Part shown: in pieces, positions 45,501 through 57,475 of the stretch | Position numbering within the stretch: position 1 is the first letter of the stretch | Layout of the letters: each line of letters starts with the position of its first letter | Source of the DNA: Macrostomum lignano | Taxonomy: Eukaryota | Assembly: GCA_002269645.1 (NCBI GenBank) | Contig: NIVC01003333.1 | Span: 39,703 to 103,702, forward strand | Length of the DNA: 64,000 nucleotides | Direction: 5' to 3' | Program-made: the position numbers and the translations under genes | Notes under the pieces: model-generated | The model's database searches: none | The model's input: the letters and a program-made list of their open reading frames with translations, nothing else | Told to the model about the DNA's origin: nothing

Positions 45501-48500
45501 CATGTCCGACATGTGCTGTTTCCGTGGCAAAAGGTGATGGAGCAAATTAATCAACACTTACTATCTAGCTCGTATTAAGACTAAAAAACTGAGGCAAGCT
45601 GGGATTAAACCAAAGAAAATTTTTTACTATACTTTTTTACCATATACTTTTACTATACTTCTATAGTATAGTAGAGAGGTACTCTATTTAAATGCAGTAA
45701 GAAGTGAAACAAATTTATATATTTAATTATTAAATTAAATTAATTCAAGGTAAATAACTAATTTAACCAATTTATTAGGAGTATTTAATATTATAATAAA
45801 TTGATTTTTATACCTTACACGAAATAAGCTCTACATTCATTTCTTAGCTTGGGGCCCATCTGTATAAGGTCAGTTTCTTCAAAATGCTGATTAATTAATT
45901 AAGGCCTGTTGTCTTTACTTAAATTTATAAGGGCATCTTAGAAGTTAATATTACTATATAATACATGTATAATATTATTACTATATTATAATAATATAGT
46001 TGTAATTTTAATGACTATTGAATAAATCTAAATGCTTCCCCTATTGACTCTAAATACATGGTATCTTTCCCTTCAGAAAAAATTAGCATAGAATGACTTG
46101 ATGAAAACAAAAAAAATCATTTCGAGATACACATTTGCTGATCATTCAGGTCAAATTTCAAGGTCCAGTTTTGCATATGTTTCTCTGTAGCTTGGTTACA
46201 AGGATTCTAATAAAAATATAATAAATATGTCCAATGAACTAACTGATACATAGCCAAATTGAAGTATTTTCAAAAACAAAAAAAATCATTTGCTCAGTTT
46301 ACTTTACTGGATATCTGTGTAAAATTTCAGCTCAAAAGGTGCTCCATGGAGAATGCTAGTGTGGTTACAGGATATGTATTTTGTGCTTCAAAGTAGGAGT
46401 TTATTGCGATGCATGGTTGCTTTTAATTATTTTTATCAACAATAGTGCTCTATTTCATAACAATTTTTTACAAAAAGATAATAAGACATGTTTTTCTAAT
46501 TATCTGCATCAAAATGTATCATTTTAAGCGCACATTCTAGACGTCAGCTGAAAAATACATTTTGTGAGACGCAAAGAGGCTATCCCACTGGAAATGCTAG
46601 GCGTACAGTTAAGCGTCTATAAAATCATTTATAGTGCAGTTTATTAAGCTTTAAAAAAAATCTTAAATTAAATTTATATAAGCTTTCATTTTAAATGTAA
46701 TATAGCAAGTTTTCAACTCAACAACAACTTTTTTTAGCTACAGACATCATAGTGTCAAAAATTAGGACATCGGTGAAGTGATTGAATTTGAATTTTTTCA
46801 TCACCTAATATCGCCTAATACCGCAAGACAACTTAAAACACTTTTGCAACATAAATTTCAACCCAAAAATTATCTTTATTCACAGATGAAAGTGTCCTAT
46901 TATTTTCAATACGGCAGTAACAATAGTAAATGTTCCGAAAATTGTTAAAATTTTCGCTCCTCCCAGAATTTGAGAACGACCCTGTTCACCGTGAAGGCCG
47001 CCTAATTCTCGAACACTTGCTTCTATCTTTTGTAATAAGTTTCAATTTTTCATTGGCTGCTATAGCCTATATAGATTTCTGGTGTAAGCCCTACCCTAGA
47101 TTTATCTTTACTTAATGCGATAGTGTATTACTATTTGTGATGATACATCTACTATCCTCAAATTAAACCTTCCTAATCGGTAATCCTAGTAGTATTTTTT
47201 ACTAATTCTTCCTTGGATAGCTAATAGCTTCTAGGATTGTATTTCATATTCTAGTGCCAGGTGCCAGCAAAAAACCCAGATTGGCCAGAAATGTTTTTAT
47301 GCAATAGGCAATAGGGATGCTATGTAACATCCTGACTTAAAAATTACAATTTTAAATTGGACCTTGGATCATTTGGATGCAATGTTTTTTTAGTTAGGCC
47401 TACTGCATATCTATTGCTATGCCTAGCACTAGTAAGCACTAGTTAACTAATGCATAGTCATGTGGACATTTTAAGTTAGGCCTTAAAAGATTCCGGCATT
47501 AACTAGAGGCCCATGTACTAGGCCTAAAACTAAAAATATATGTTTTATTTACTTCTAGCTTTTTAAAGTCAAAGTTTTATAGTTGTTGAATTGGCTTATT
47601 AGGCTATTTTGTTCTGTTGTTAGTGTTGTAGGCCTCTTAGCCTTAGATAGGCCCTAGCTTCTTCCTTAGGCCTAAATAGTTTTTGTTTTGATTTTTATGT
47701 CAAAAGTAATAAATAATTTCCATGAGCCTATAGCTAGGTTTATTTTTTATATGTAAAGTGTATATATGCACTTTTAATTTAAAATTGCACCCAGAAATTG
47801 AAAATTGCAATTTAGGGACAGTCCTATAACCTGATTTTCTGTTAAACTTGAAGCCTCATTTGCATTGCCCTAAAAATAAAATAAGAAAAATAAGAAATTG
47901 CACTTTGAGCCTTAAAATTGCACTATAAAAATGAGTATAGAATGCACTTTTGTACCTTGTCTCTGGCAAAAAAGAAAACCTTGGCCTATAGGCCTTTATA
48001 TATTGCTTCCTCTTTGCCTTTATTATTGGCTAATGGCATATATATGATGTTTTCAATATATCAATATTTTGAATATTAGGCCTAGTCATTAGTGCTTTTT
48101 TCTTGGCTAGGCCAATGAAAATTTAAATAAAAAATAGATATAGCCTTATAATTTATTATTAGGCCTATATCACATTCAAAAATTAGATTAGGCCTAATAG
48201 AGAATAAATAGAGTTGGTATGCCTAGAAGTTTTATATAAAATTGATATTCTAATCTTTTTATTTTGCTTTGAGATTAGGCCCTAAGCTTTAGCCTATGTA
48301 TTTAAGCCTAAGGCAAAGTTATTGTATAATACACTTGTGTGAATATATAGTAGGGGCCTAGGCAATTTATTTATTAGATTTTTAATGTATATTAGTATAA
48401 TAATCTATTATTTATTATTTTTTGTTTTTTTACTTATGAATTTCAAATTATTTCAGCCTAACAACCTATAAACTATAACCTTTATTAAACTTATCCTTTT

Positions 48501-49215
48501 CAGCCTTATCAACACATGCTATCCATCATAGTGGAAGCTAACCTGGATCTTGAATCTTCCTGGATTGAGCTAATTCTAAACTAGTAGTTGGCTAGCAAAG
48601 GATCAATTTACAGCAAGTTTTCCACTAAGCAATGAGCAACTTGGTCATTATTGCATTAACCAAGTATTTCCATGCAATGACTGGGTATGATGCATTATAA
48701 AATTATACACTTGCACTTGAGTATTTTTGCATTTTTATTTAGTGTATTTTAACTTGTTTTTGATTCACCATTTTATTGCTTGTGACTTTTAAACTGTCCC
48801 TTTTATAAAATGAAAATATAAATCATAAATCATAAATTACATTGAACCATGTTTAGAAGCCTACTAAATAGCTTCTCTTTCATATCAATATTGCCTGAAA
48901 CGAAACAAAAGAGTGCTGTAATATTTTTAGTCATTTTTCTTTTAAACAACTGTGATTGCAATGGCAACAGCATTTCTTAAATGATCTTGGGCAAGATGTC
49001 TTCTGCAAGTCATCTGGAAGATGTCTTTAAGTAGATTTTAAGATGTCTTGAAGATGTCTGAAGACGTCTTTAAGTTATCTCTAAGTTGTCTACAAGTGTT
49101 GCAAGGAGCCAATTTTTAGACCGAATTAAGTCAATTGTAAGATGTCTTGAAGACATCTTTCTGTCTTATGCAAGACATCTTCAAGACATAATTAAGCCAA
49201 CTTTTTTTGATCGGG
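42580..49215. mobile_element. Putative EnSpm/CMC-type non-autonomous element (~6.6 kb)
   Basis: TIR CCCGATCAAAAAGAAGTTG / CAACTTTTTTTGATCGGG; AT dinucleotide on both sides (2-bp TSD); ~200 bp of AAGACGTCTT/AAGATGTCTT subterminal motifs at each end; no intact ORF seen. Confidence 0.65.
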
Positions 49216-49422
49216 ATGATCTGGAATGAGTAGCAGTTTTCTATTACTATTTGACATGCTTTTCTATAGCCAGCTTTGGTTCAAGATAATTTTAATGAGA
49301 AATATATGCTTGGGTGATGGTAAAACAAAGGTGATATATAAGCTATTAGCAAACTGATATTTGAAAACATTTCACATTTGAAAGTATTTATAATCATTTG
49401 AAACTACTGTCAATTTTTATGT

Positions 49423-51078
49423 CAAGGATGACTTAAGTAGAAAGAAAGGAAACCTTGTTTCTTAAAAATTTAAAGGCAGGTTTTCCAAAAAATATCTAGT
49501 ATTTAGAGATAGGAAATTTTCATTTTCAGCATAAAAAATGTTATTGCTTTTGATAGAAGGCAGATCCAGTGTTTATCTTTCAATATATTGTTCTTTTTTA
49601 ATTTTTATTGCTCTATCAATATTCATAAAGCTTTTTGTTCAAAGAATTAGGATTCTATGTTAATTTTTATTCTATGTTTATTTGCATGTATCTTATACCT
49701 AAAAACTATTAAAATGGCATGGCTCAGCTCTTTGGTTTTATGAGTCTATATTATCATTATTAGCAGACTGTATAACAAATATTTGTAACAGAGATGATAA
49801 AATAGCTTTATAAAACCAAAGGTTGGAGCTGTGCCATGCATTTTTATAATTGTTAGGTATGGGAACTGTATGTAAAATAAAAAATTAACATAGTGAGACA
49901 GGCATTAATAATAGCTTTAATACTTTTAAATTTTACTTGTTTTATGTTTGCCTTTCTTAGAAAAACCTCTATTCAAATCCGCATGAAATATATATATTAT
50001 TCTTTGAATAATTGTTTGAATGTTGTGGTTTGCAAAAACATTTCCGCAATTATCATTTTGTTTAAACTGTAATTAATTTCTAGTATAAATAGATGTGCTG
50101 AGCAGGTTTGAAGAGTCAACCATTTGCTGCCTCTTGGTTTTTAATAAGCAAACTTAGTTCGTTCTAAATATTGCAATCACTTAAAGGCTTGGTTATTTGC
50201 TAAGAGTAAAGATCTTCATATTGAGAGTAGTAATAGACTGCTAAAAAGCGAGAACCACCTTAGGGCAATAACCTCAGAGAGTGTATAAATTGCCTCAGGG
50301 CTGAGAAAATGCTTCACAGTAGTAAATTTGCCTCAGGGTAGAAGAACCGCTTAAAGCAAGAGAATCTGCCCCAGGGTGGGGAAAACATGTAAAGCTGTGA
50401 CCTTCTGATCCTAGGAACGCTAGGACTGAGTGAGAAATAGAATAGATAGTAAATAGACAGTGCCATTAGACTGCTCAGGCCAAGAATATAGTACATGACA
50501 ACCACTACCATTAGATAAATAGACGCTACCAATAGAAGTAGATAAGTAGATGCTACCAGTGATAATAGTACATTTATGCAAGGTTATATTAAGTAGAAAG
50601 ATAGAAGTTTAACACTAGCACAACTTGGTGACAGCAAGTAAGACTAACAAAAGAATAATTAAGAGCCCTGGGACAGCTTTTGGTGGCTAATCAGTGGGAT
50701 TTTGTATTGTACAGGAACACCGTTATGACAACTTTGGTGTTAGCAATTGAGATTTTAATAGAGCCAGAAACTGCTATGACAGTTTTTAGATTTGGTACCA
50801 ACGGTAAGATAATTTCAGTGAGAGCAATAACCTCTGTTACAATAGAATCCTAATTATTTGAACAAAAAACTTTATGAATATTGATAAAGCAATAAGAAAG
50901 GCATAATATATCAAAAGATAAACATAGGATCTGCCTCATATCAAAAGCAATAACAATTTTTGTGCTAAAAAACTTCTCATCTCTATAGTATATATTTTTT
51001 TCTTTTCAGAAAAACCTGCCTTCAAAAAATTTCCAAGAAATGAGGTTTCCTGTCTTTCTACTTTAAGTTGTTCTTGTT
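49423..51078. mobile_element. Old fold-back element with degenerate ~240-bp inverted arms
   Basis: 49423-49660 is the imperfect reverse complement of 50840-51078 (e.g. AAGGCAGGTTTT / AAAACCTGCCTT; TTAGGATTCTA / TAGAATCCTAA). Confidence 0.5.
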
Positions 51079-51128
51079 TTCTGTCTTATAAAGAGTAAAA
51101 TATAAGGTGATCATAAACCAGTCTAGAA

Positions 51129-51551
51129 TAGATGTCGGACGGGATCCCGATCCCGATCCCGAAATCTCGGGATCCCAAGGAAAATTGGATTCCTGCGGGA
51201 CTAGAATCCCGACCCTAAAAAACACGAGAAACGGGAACAGGTCTTTTGATTAAAATTTATAGAATTAATGATTACTTGAATGTATTTTGTTTTACCTTGT
51301 ACTCATTATATTGTTAATTTGTTGGTTACAAAACTTTGCATCAATTTTGTTGTATTCTACTTTTTGATCTTGACATTTTTAGCTCAATTTTGTTTAACTT
51401 TATATGGACCTACAAGCTACAATACACTAAAAGACCTGATCCCAATTCCCTAATCCCGATCCCAAGTAAAAATTATTCCCGATCCCGATATTCCCGATTC
51501 CCGGTCTTATTTGAAATCCCACCCGAAGATTTCAATCCCGTCCAACCTCTA
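51129..51551. mobile_element. hAT (Ac-like) MITE, 423 bp
   Basis: 8-bp TSD GTCTAGAA; TIR TAGATGTCGGACGGGAT / ATCCCGTCCAACCTCTA; ATCCCG subterminal repeats. Confidence 0.85.
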
Positions 51552-52488
51552 GTCTAGAACTAACAAAATAGAGGTTATTGTAAAGTAAACTGAAGGATTG
51601 CCTAAGATAGCTTTGCTCTATGCCTCTATATGCAATCTAAACCTTTTTTGTTTTTGTCTACAAACATTAAAATATTGTTTAAAAAACATAAAACGTTTGA
51701 TTTATTTTTTGCTCATTTTTATCTAATCTATTGCTTTTTTATTTTCAAGTATTATTTATTTATTATTATTGAATATTGTTAATTTCTTTTTGTTTTTATA
51801 TATCTTCAAAAATGCCACTTGGTTGATATCTAAGAAGATACCTACTTTGGCCACATTGTAAACTAGCTAGATTGGCCAAGTTGGTAGGGACATGAATGCT
51901 AATAGAATTTTTTTAATGTTTAGCTCAAATATTATTAGCAGCAAAATAAAAGACTAGGCCTAGCTTTGGTGTATAGTCATAGTCATTTTGTCTATTACTC
52001 TTTTGTCTGTCAATAGGCAATAGGGAAAACAATTTTCCAAAAAACATTAAAATATACTTAATATAGTCACATGTAGATGTAGCCATCGGATTGTATTTGT
52101 TAGAATCAGCCCTGTTTTTAGTTTCTAGCTTACTCTTAGCTAAGGAACTTGGAATTGTTGATGATAGGATGGTTAGTTTGTTTATCTAAGCTAAATAATA
52201 GATTTCGCCTGATGTATCATTCAGTACCATTGACATACCAATTAATTAGCTTGTTAGGTATGTGAGGGTTCCCCGACAGATATTCGCGACTTCTAATTGC
52301 AAGTTCGCTAATTGCTAAGTTTCTTCTTGGATTTGCGTAGTTTAAAAAAGCTGATAAATAAAACAAAGTTTCCTTCATAAATAAACTTTGTAGGTCAGAA
52401 AAAGTAGAAAAGTCTGTTTTAAACATAGAACAACATATTTTGCAAAGTAATAATCATTCTTTCATTTGTGTCATTGATAGTTTATACT

Positions 52489-52502
52489 GTTGCTGTAGCA
52501 AT
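52489..52502. promoter_or_regulatory. RFX X-box-like near-palindrome upstream of the ciliary gene
   Basis: GTTGCTGTAGCAAT about 110 bp upstream of the CIMIP2C ATG; imperfect match to GTNRCC-N(0-3)-RGYAAC. Confidence 0.35.
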
Positions 52503-52610
52503 TTGGTTTTTTAACAAGACATTTGATTTTGAATTTCGGGAAATAATTCTGCCAAAGATCTGATTTAATTACCCAAAACATTTTGTCGCCTCAATTAGAC
52601 TACACCAAAA

Positions 52611-53463
52611 ATGTCGAAAGCTGCTAATACTCTAGTGACGACCAACAATGCAACGTACATTGATCCGCGATTTATGCCTGGGTAAGTAATCGCGCATCTT
52701 TTGCTTTTTGTCTTATTTGAACCAGAGATACTGCACACGAAGACAAATATAGAACATTGTAATAAAGTTTACAAGGTTTCACAAACTTGTAAAGCTTAAA
52801 AATCTTGATTTTCTACTAGATCTGTTATCTTGTCTAACATGTCTGATCTGGACACACATATTTTACATGCATGATACACACATTACACCTTTAAGTTTTG
52901 CAGTCTTCGCTTGACTTGTACAGTAAAAATTCGCGAAGTCATTGATTCGAATCACAAATAAATTTTTCCTCGTAGATACCGAGGCCACGTTCCCGCAATG
53001 AAGTTTGACTACGGGGAAACCTACGGAAATCACACTGCGAAGTACTTCCAGGACTACCGTTCGGAGGTGCTGAACAGCAGCAAGACGCCGTATGCCGACC
53101 GTGGCGGCGTGTTCCCTACATTTTACTCGCACAATCCTGAGACCGTCATCGGCAACAGGTCGCGAACCCGGGACCGCTACCTGGACAGGGCTCACTATGA
53201 GCTTCACAATCGGGACTTCGATCGTACTCAAGAGCTCAAACGTTTCTCTGCAGTGAGTTTATTTTCTGGGTTACAGTCAATTATTCCAGGTTAGGAACAT
53301 TGAAGCTCATAAAACATGGAGCTTCTTCTTTCACTCAATTGCATAGCTGTCGGACAGTCACCGAGAGTGCTACAAGGACAAGACTGGAACTCTGAAGCCG
53401 GTGTCGGAATTCCAGCTGCCCTCCAGCAACGAGCAAGTTGTTGAGGAACGCCTTGGCTACTGA
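52611..53463 (+). CDS. CIMIP2C: Ciliary microtubule inner protein 2C / FAM166C (C2orf70, UPF0573) homolog, 154 aa. Exons 52611-52681, 52976-53252, 53347-53463
   Basis: YIDPRFMPG|YRGHVPAMKFDYGETYGNHTAKYFQD PGYxGHVP motif; ...HRECYKDKTG. GT-AG introns join in frame (465 nt). Confidence 0.8.
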
Positions 53464-53804
53464 GGCTTTTGTTTGTCCCGCATGAGCTCGAATCACTGAG
53501 CTTCGGCGTTTAATAATCTTTCCTAAAAAATGAAACTGCTAAGCTTTAATTTCTACTCTGTGCACAGTACCCGTTCTGCGATTTTCTATTTTCATTAAAC
53601 CTGTCACGCGTGACTTCTAAATATAACTGATAGATACAGCAGCCAGTAAAACGCATTGGCTTCTGAAACTTTGAAGTTTAAAGTTCATGCCATCTATAAA
53701 TTACTTAAATTTAATACGCAAGCGACAAAGCTCTCAAAGGTTCAGTACACCCAACCTGCTACAAAAAGAAGCGTCCACCAGCTTTCTCCGGCATTCACAA
53801 ATTC

Positions 53805-54800
53805 CCCCTGCATCCACAGCTTCCTCCTGCATCCTCAGCTTCTTCCTGCATCCTCAGCTTCCTCCTGCATCCACAGCTTCCTTCTGCATCGACAACCTGT
53901 TCTTGCATCTATACAGCCTGCTTGCATCTATACAGCATCTTGCATCTATACAGCATATATAGATGAAGAGATACAGCTCTTGTATCTATACATCTATACA
54001 TGCTGTCCTGCATCCCCAGCTTCCTTCTGCATCCACTGCTTCCTCCTGCATCTTCAGCTTCCTCCTGTATTCACAACTTCCTCCTGCATCCTCAGCTTCC
54101 TGCATCCAAAACTTCCTCCTGCATACACAGCATCCTTCTGCATCCACAGCTTCCTGCATCCACAGCTTCCTTCTGCATCCACAGCTTCCTTCTGCATCCA
54201 CATCTTCCTCCTGCATCCTCAGCTTCCTCCTGCATCCACAGCTTCCTTCTGCATCCACAGCTTCCTCCTGCATCCACAGATTCCTCCTGCATCCACAGAT
54301 TCCTCCTGCATCCACAGATTCCTTCTGCATTCAAAGCTTCCTCCTGCATCTACAGATTCCTCCTGCATCCACAGATTCCTTCTGCATCCACATCTTCCTC
54401 CTGCATCCTCAGCTTCCTCATGCATACACAGCATCCTTCTGCATCCACAGCTTCCTTCTGCATCCACAGCTTCCTTCTGCATCCACAGCTTCCTTCTGCA
54501 TCCACATCTTCCTCCTGCATCCTCAGCTTCCTCCTGCATCCACAGCTTCCTTCTGCATCCACAGCTTCCTCCTGCATCCACAGATTCCTCCTGCATCCTC
54601 AGCTTCCTCCTGCATCCACAGCTTCCTCCTGCATCCACAGATTCCTTCTGCATTCACAGCTTCCTCCTGCATCTACAGATTCCTCCTGCATCCTCAGCTT
54701 CCTTCTGCATCCACAGATTCCTCCTGCATCCTCAGCTTCCTTCTGCATCCACAACCTTTCTCTTGCATCCACAGCTTCCTTCTGCATCCACAACCTGCTG
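53805..54800. repeat. ~19-bp pyrimidine-rich minisatellite (CTTCCTCCTGCATCCACAG)n
   Basis: About 1 kb of degenerate tandem units. Confidence 0.95.
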
Positions 54801-55492
54801 CTGCATTCTGAATTCAAGCTGTTTCTGTTCGCTATCGGGCTACACACCTTAAAGCGAAACAAACCCCGCATGACCTCTCCAGTTTAGTGTCGATATTTAC
54901 GAAAGATGCGTAATTTTTTTAATATTTTTACGTCTCTCTCAGCATGTTGAATCGTTTTGCACTTTTTTCATTTAATAGAGCAGATGAGCAGGGAGCTGAG
55001 GCTGAAATTCCAGCTCATTTGAACGTTCCTGTCGTTTTTAACAAACGCAGTAAGAACAGTCCGAATTGAACTGTTGCAACAAACCTGCATATTGTGTCCG
55101 AAGTCCAACTAACAAATCTATGCGGCTAAGAGCAGGTCATACAGATGCTGAAATTCAAATATATTTAATACTGAAGAGAGCACTGCAACAGACAGCGAGT
55201 TTCTATCACAAGATACGTCTATAGCTAATGTTAATCAGACAGGAAACTAAAGTTTGAGGACTGGATTGATTAGTGAATTGCTTGCGCACTCTAACTGTAC
55301 TATTTATTGATAGTACTGCACCTATTACAAAGCTATAGCACGCAAGTTTTCACTAATTATGCAGATTACATGTAGTATTTCTAGCTAGCATTCACGCGGC
55401 ACAAGTTAACTTTGTACATGCAGACCAGGGGCTGCAGAAGATGCCTCTCGATGGTTGCGGCTGGCAGTCTTTAGAAATGCAGCTCCGCTGAG

Positions 55493-56218
55493 CTACTGCA
55501 GCAAGCCGGTCCAGCCGCTGCAGTGGCAGCCCTGCCGCCTCAGCGCGTCCAGCTCAGTGCGCAGCCGAGCGGCCAGTCGGCCGAGCTCGCCGTTCCGCTT
55601 GCGCAGCTCCCCGGCGCGCTCGTCCAGGCAGCGCAGTCGCTCGAGTTTGCGCTCGCGGCACCGGCGCGCGGCGTCGCGATTGCGACGTCGTTTTCGCTCC
55701 AGCCGCGAGGTGCCCGCGCCTGTGGAGCAGCTGGCCTGGGTTGCCATCGAACTCAGCTGGAGCTGCTTGTCCGATGAGTCGGCCATCCAGTCTTCGTCAG
55801 CGTCGTCGGTTTCGGCGGGTTCCTCCAGCTCCTGGTCAGCGCCGGCGGTCGGTAGCATCACCTCGGAGGACATCAGGTGCTGCAGCTTCTCGTCAAAGTT
55901 CCTTAAATAACAGTTCGAATAAAATAGTATACAAAATTGATTGATAAGCATCTCGGACATTCACGCCTCAGAGACAAATTATGCTAGCTCTCGCTTACGT
56001 GACAAAGTCCCTCTGCTCCTCGGTGACGAAACTCGGATTCAGGAAGCTGGTGGGGGTGAGCAGCAGCTCGGCCGTGGAGGCGGCCATCGACAGTCCGCCA
56101 GTTGGCGACAGAAAGCCAAGGCTGGCTAGCAGGTCGGGAGTTGCGGCGCTTGCCGACTGCTGCTGCGGCTGCGACGGCTGCAGAGAGGCAGCGTCATGGA
56201 GCACTTCAGGCTGTGCAT
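55493..56218 (-). CDS. JUN: Jun-family bZIP transcription factor. Exons 56218-55999 and 55901-55493 (97-bp phase-2 intron)
   Basis: TPTSFLNPSFVTEEQRDFVT|NFDEKL aligns to Jun [22 protein letters not shown]; bZIP RLERKRRRNRDAARRCRERKLERL..L; N-terminal LKCSMTLPL resembles the Jun delta domain but needs a 1-nt correction at ~56180-56190. Family-level call only. Confidence 0.75.
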
Positions 56219-56327
56219 TCTGGTAGGATTCTTGAGAGAGCGAATATTTCACAGGCAAAGCGGTTGCAGCTGCGCTGTTCACAAGTGCTTCGGTTAGTCT
56301 GACCAAGTCCCACACTGGCCTGAGCGC

Positions 56328-56335
56328 TATTTATG
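56328..56335 (-). promoter_or_regulatory. TATA-like box of the Jun gene
   Basis: CATAAATA on minus strand, about 110 nt upstream of the proposed ATG. Confidence 0.45.
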
Positions 56336-56357
56336 CTGGCGAGAGTGTGTCACCGAG

Positions 56358-56367
56358 CTATTTTTAG
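56358..56367. promoter_or_regulatory. MEF2 consensus site (proximal)
   Basis: CTATTTTTAG is an exact YTA(A/T)4TAR match. Confidence 0.6.
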
Positions 56368-56529
56368 ATAACTTCGCCATTGGCAAGCCACCCCCAGTTG
56401 GGAGTGTACGCTGAGAAAGCACTGCCCTCTCTGCCCTCTCTGTCCGTATCCAATAGCAACCGATATCGACCGTCGCCAGCCCTGTGCCCAAAAATGCGCC
56501 ACGTACAATTGCCGCCTGACTACCCAGGG

Positions 56530-56539
56530 CTATTTTTAG
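56530..56539. promoter_or_regulatory. MEF2 consensus site (distal)
   Basis: GGGCTATTTTTAG, a second exact match. Confidence 0.55.
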
Positions 56540-57174
56540 CATCTGGCTCAGTTTCCCAACTTGGATCGGGATTGACAGAAAATGCCTTCCCATGTTCAGC
56601 GCGTCCGCTGATTCCGTATTGCTATTGCTATGGCAAACAGTGCAGAGCTGTCTTGGGAAATCTATTTTTGTAGCCATTGCCTTCTGCAGTGCTTCTACGT
56701 ATTAACTGGAACATTTGATACAGAGAATTCAAAAGCGAGATGATTCTCGCTATTGTTGAATGCTTTTTTTCCAAGTCAAATGAAGATTCTGTCGCAGTTT
56801 GCATTCGCTACTGATATGAGTAGTAAAAGATTATTAGTCGACAGATTTTCGTCGCAAGTTTGATCTTAGAAGTTCTAGGCTTTGAGTTCTCGTGGCTAAA
56901 GTTTTTCTGAAACTAATGGCAATGGTCTCGCGGAACAGTTTGGTATATTTGAACAGCGATAGTTGGCTAGTAGAGGTAGAATGTTGAATGGAAAGATACG
57001 CGCACGAGTGTCTATGGCGTTGTTGCACGCGCAAGCCGTGCTTCTATCACATTATCATATAGTCTAGCCAACAGTGGCTATTCATTTTTGTCTATGGCAA
57101 TTTGCAAAGAACAGGGTTGAGGGAGGCAAGGAATATCTTTCTCTCCACTACAGCGCGATATTTGTTCGTCTCAG

Positions 57175-57475
57175 TGTGCTTTCATTTGAAAACACGATTC
57201 ATGTGTCTCAATTCCCTGACAATTGCATAACCGGCTTGACTACGGCGGAAATCGAGAAGCATGTAGAGCTCATGGACAGAAATTCGTTGATCGAGCGGAC
57301 GATGTTCGATGATGAGCCGCTCCTACCTACTCTGGAAGAACTGTTCAATCTGATTCCCTTGGTGGAGGGTGAAGACTCGGAATCAATTCCGGATGTTGGA
57401 GGGTCCAAAATGTCAAGGTTGACGGTCAAGCATTTTCGGCCGATAGTGTTCGACCGGAGCTACATATTCATCTGA
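57175..57475 (+). CDS. Possible coding exon of unknown product, divergent from Jun
   Basis: Open frame with protein-like composition (EIEKHVELMDRNSLIERTMFDDEPLLPTLEELFNLIP...FRPIVFDRSYIFI*) after the acceptor-like TTTGTTCGTCTCAG; no family recognised. Confidence 0.35.

Noticed and set aside
45070-45560. Possible EnSpm accessory (DUF4806-like) exon QFSSIEEAEAVILDPGIRKSV
   Set aside because: Resemblance is too short and interrupted by stops to support without a profile search
53656-54887. Long His/Pro/Ser-rich ORFs
   Set aside because: ~19-bp minisatellite with a non-triplet period, open in all three + frames
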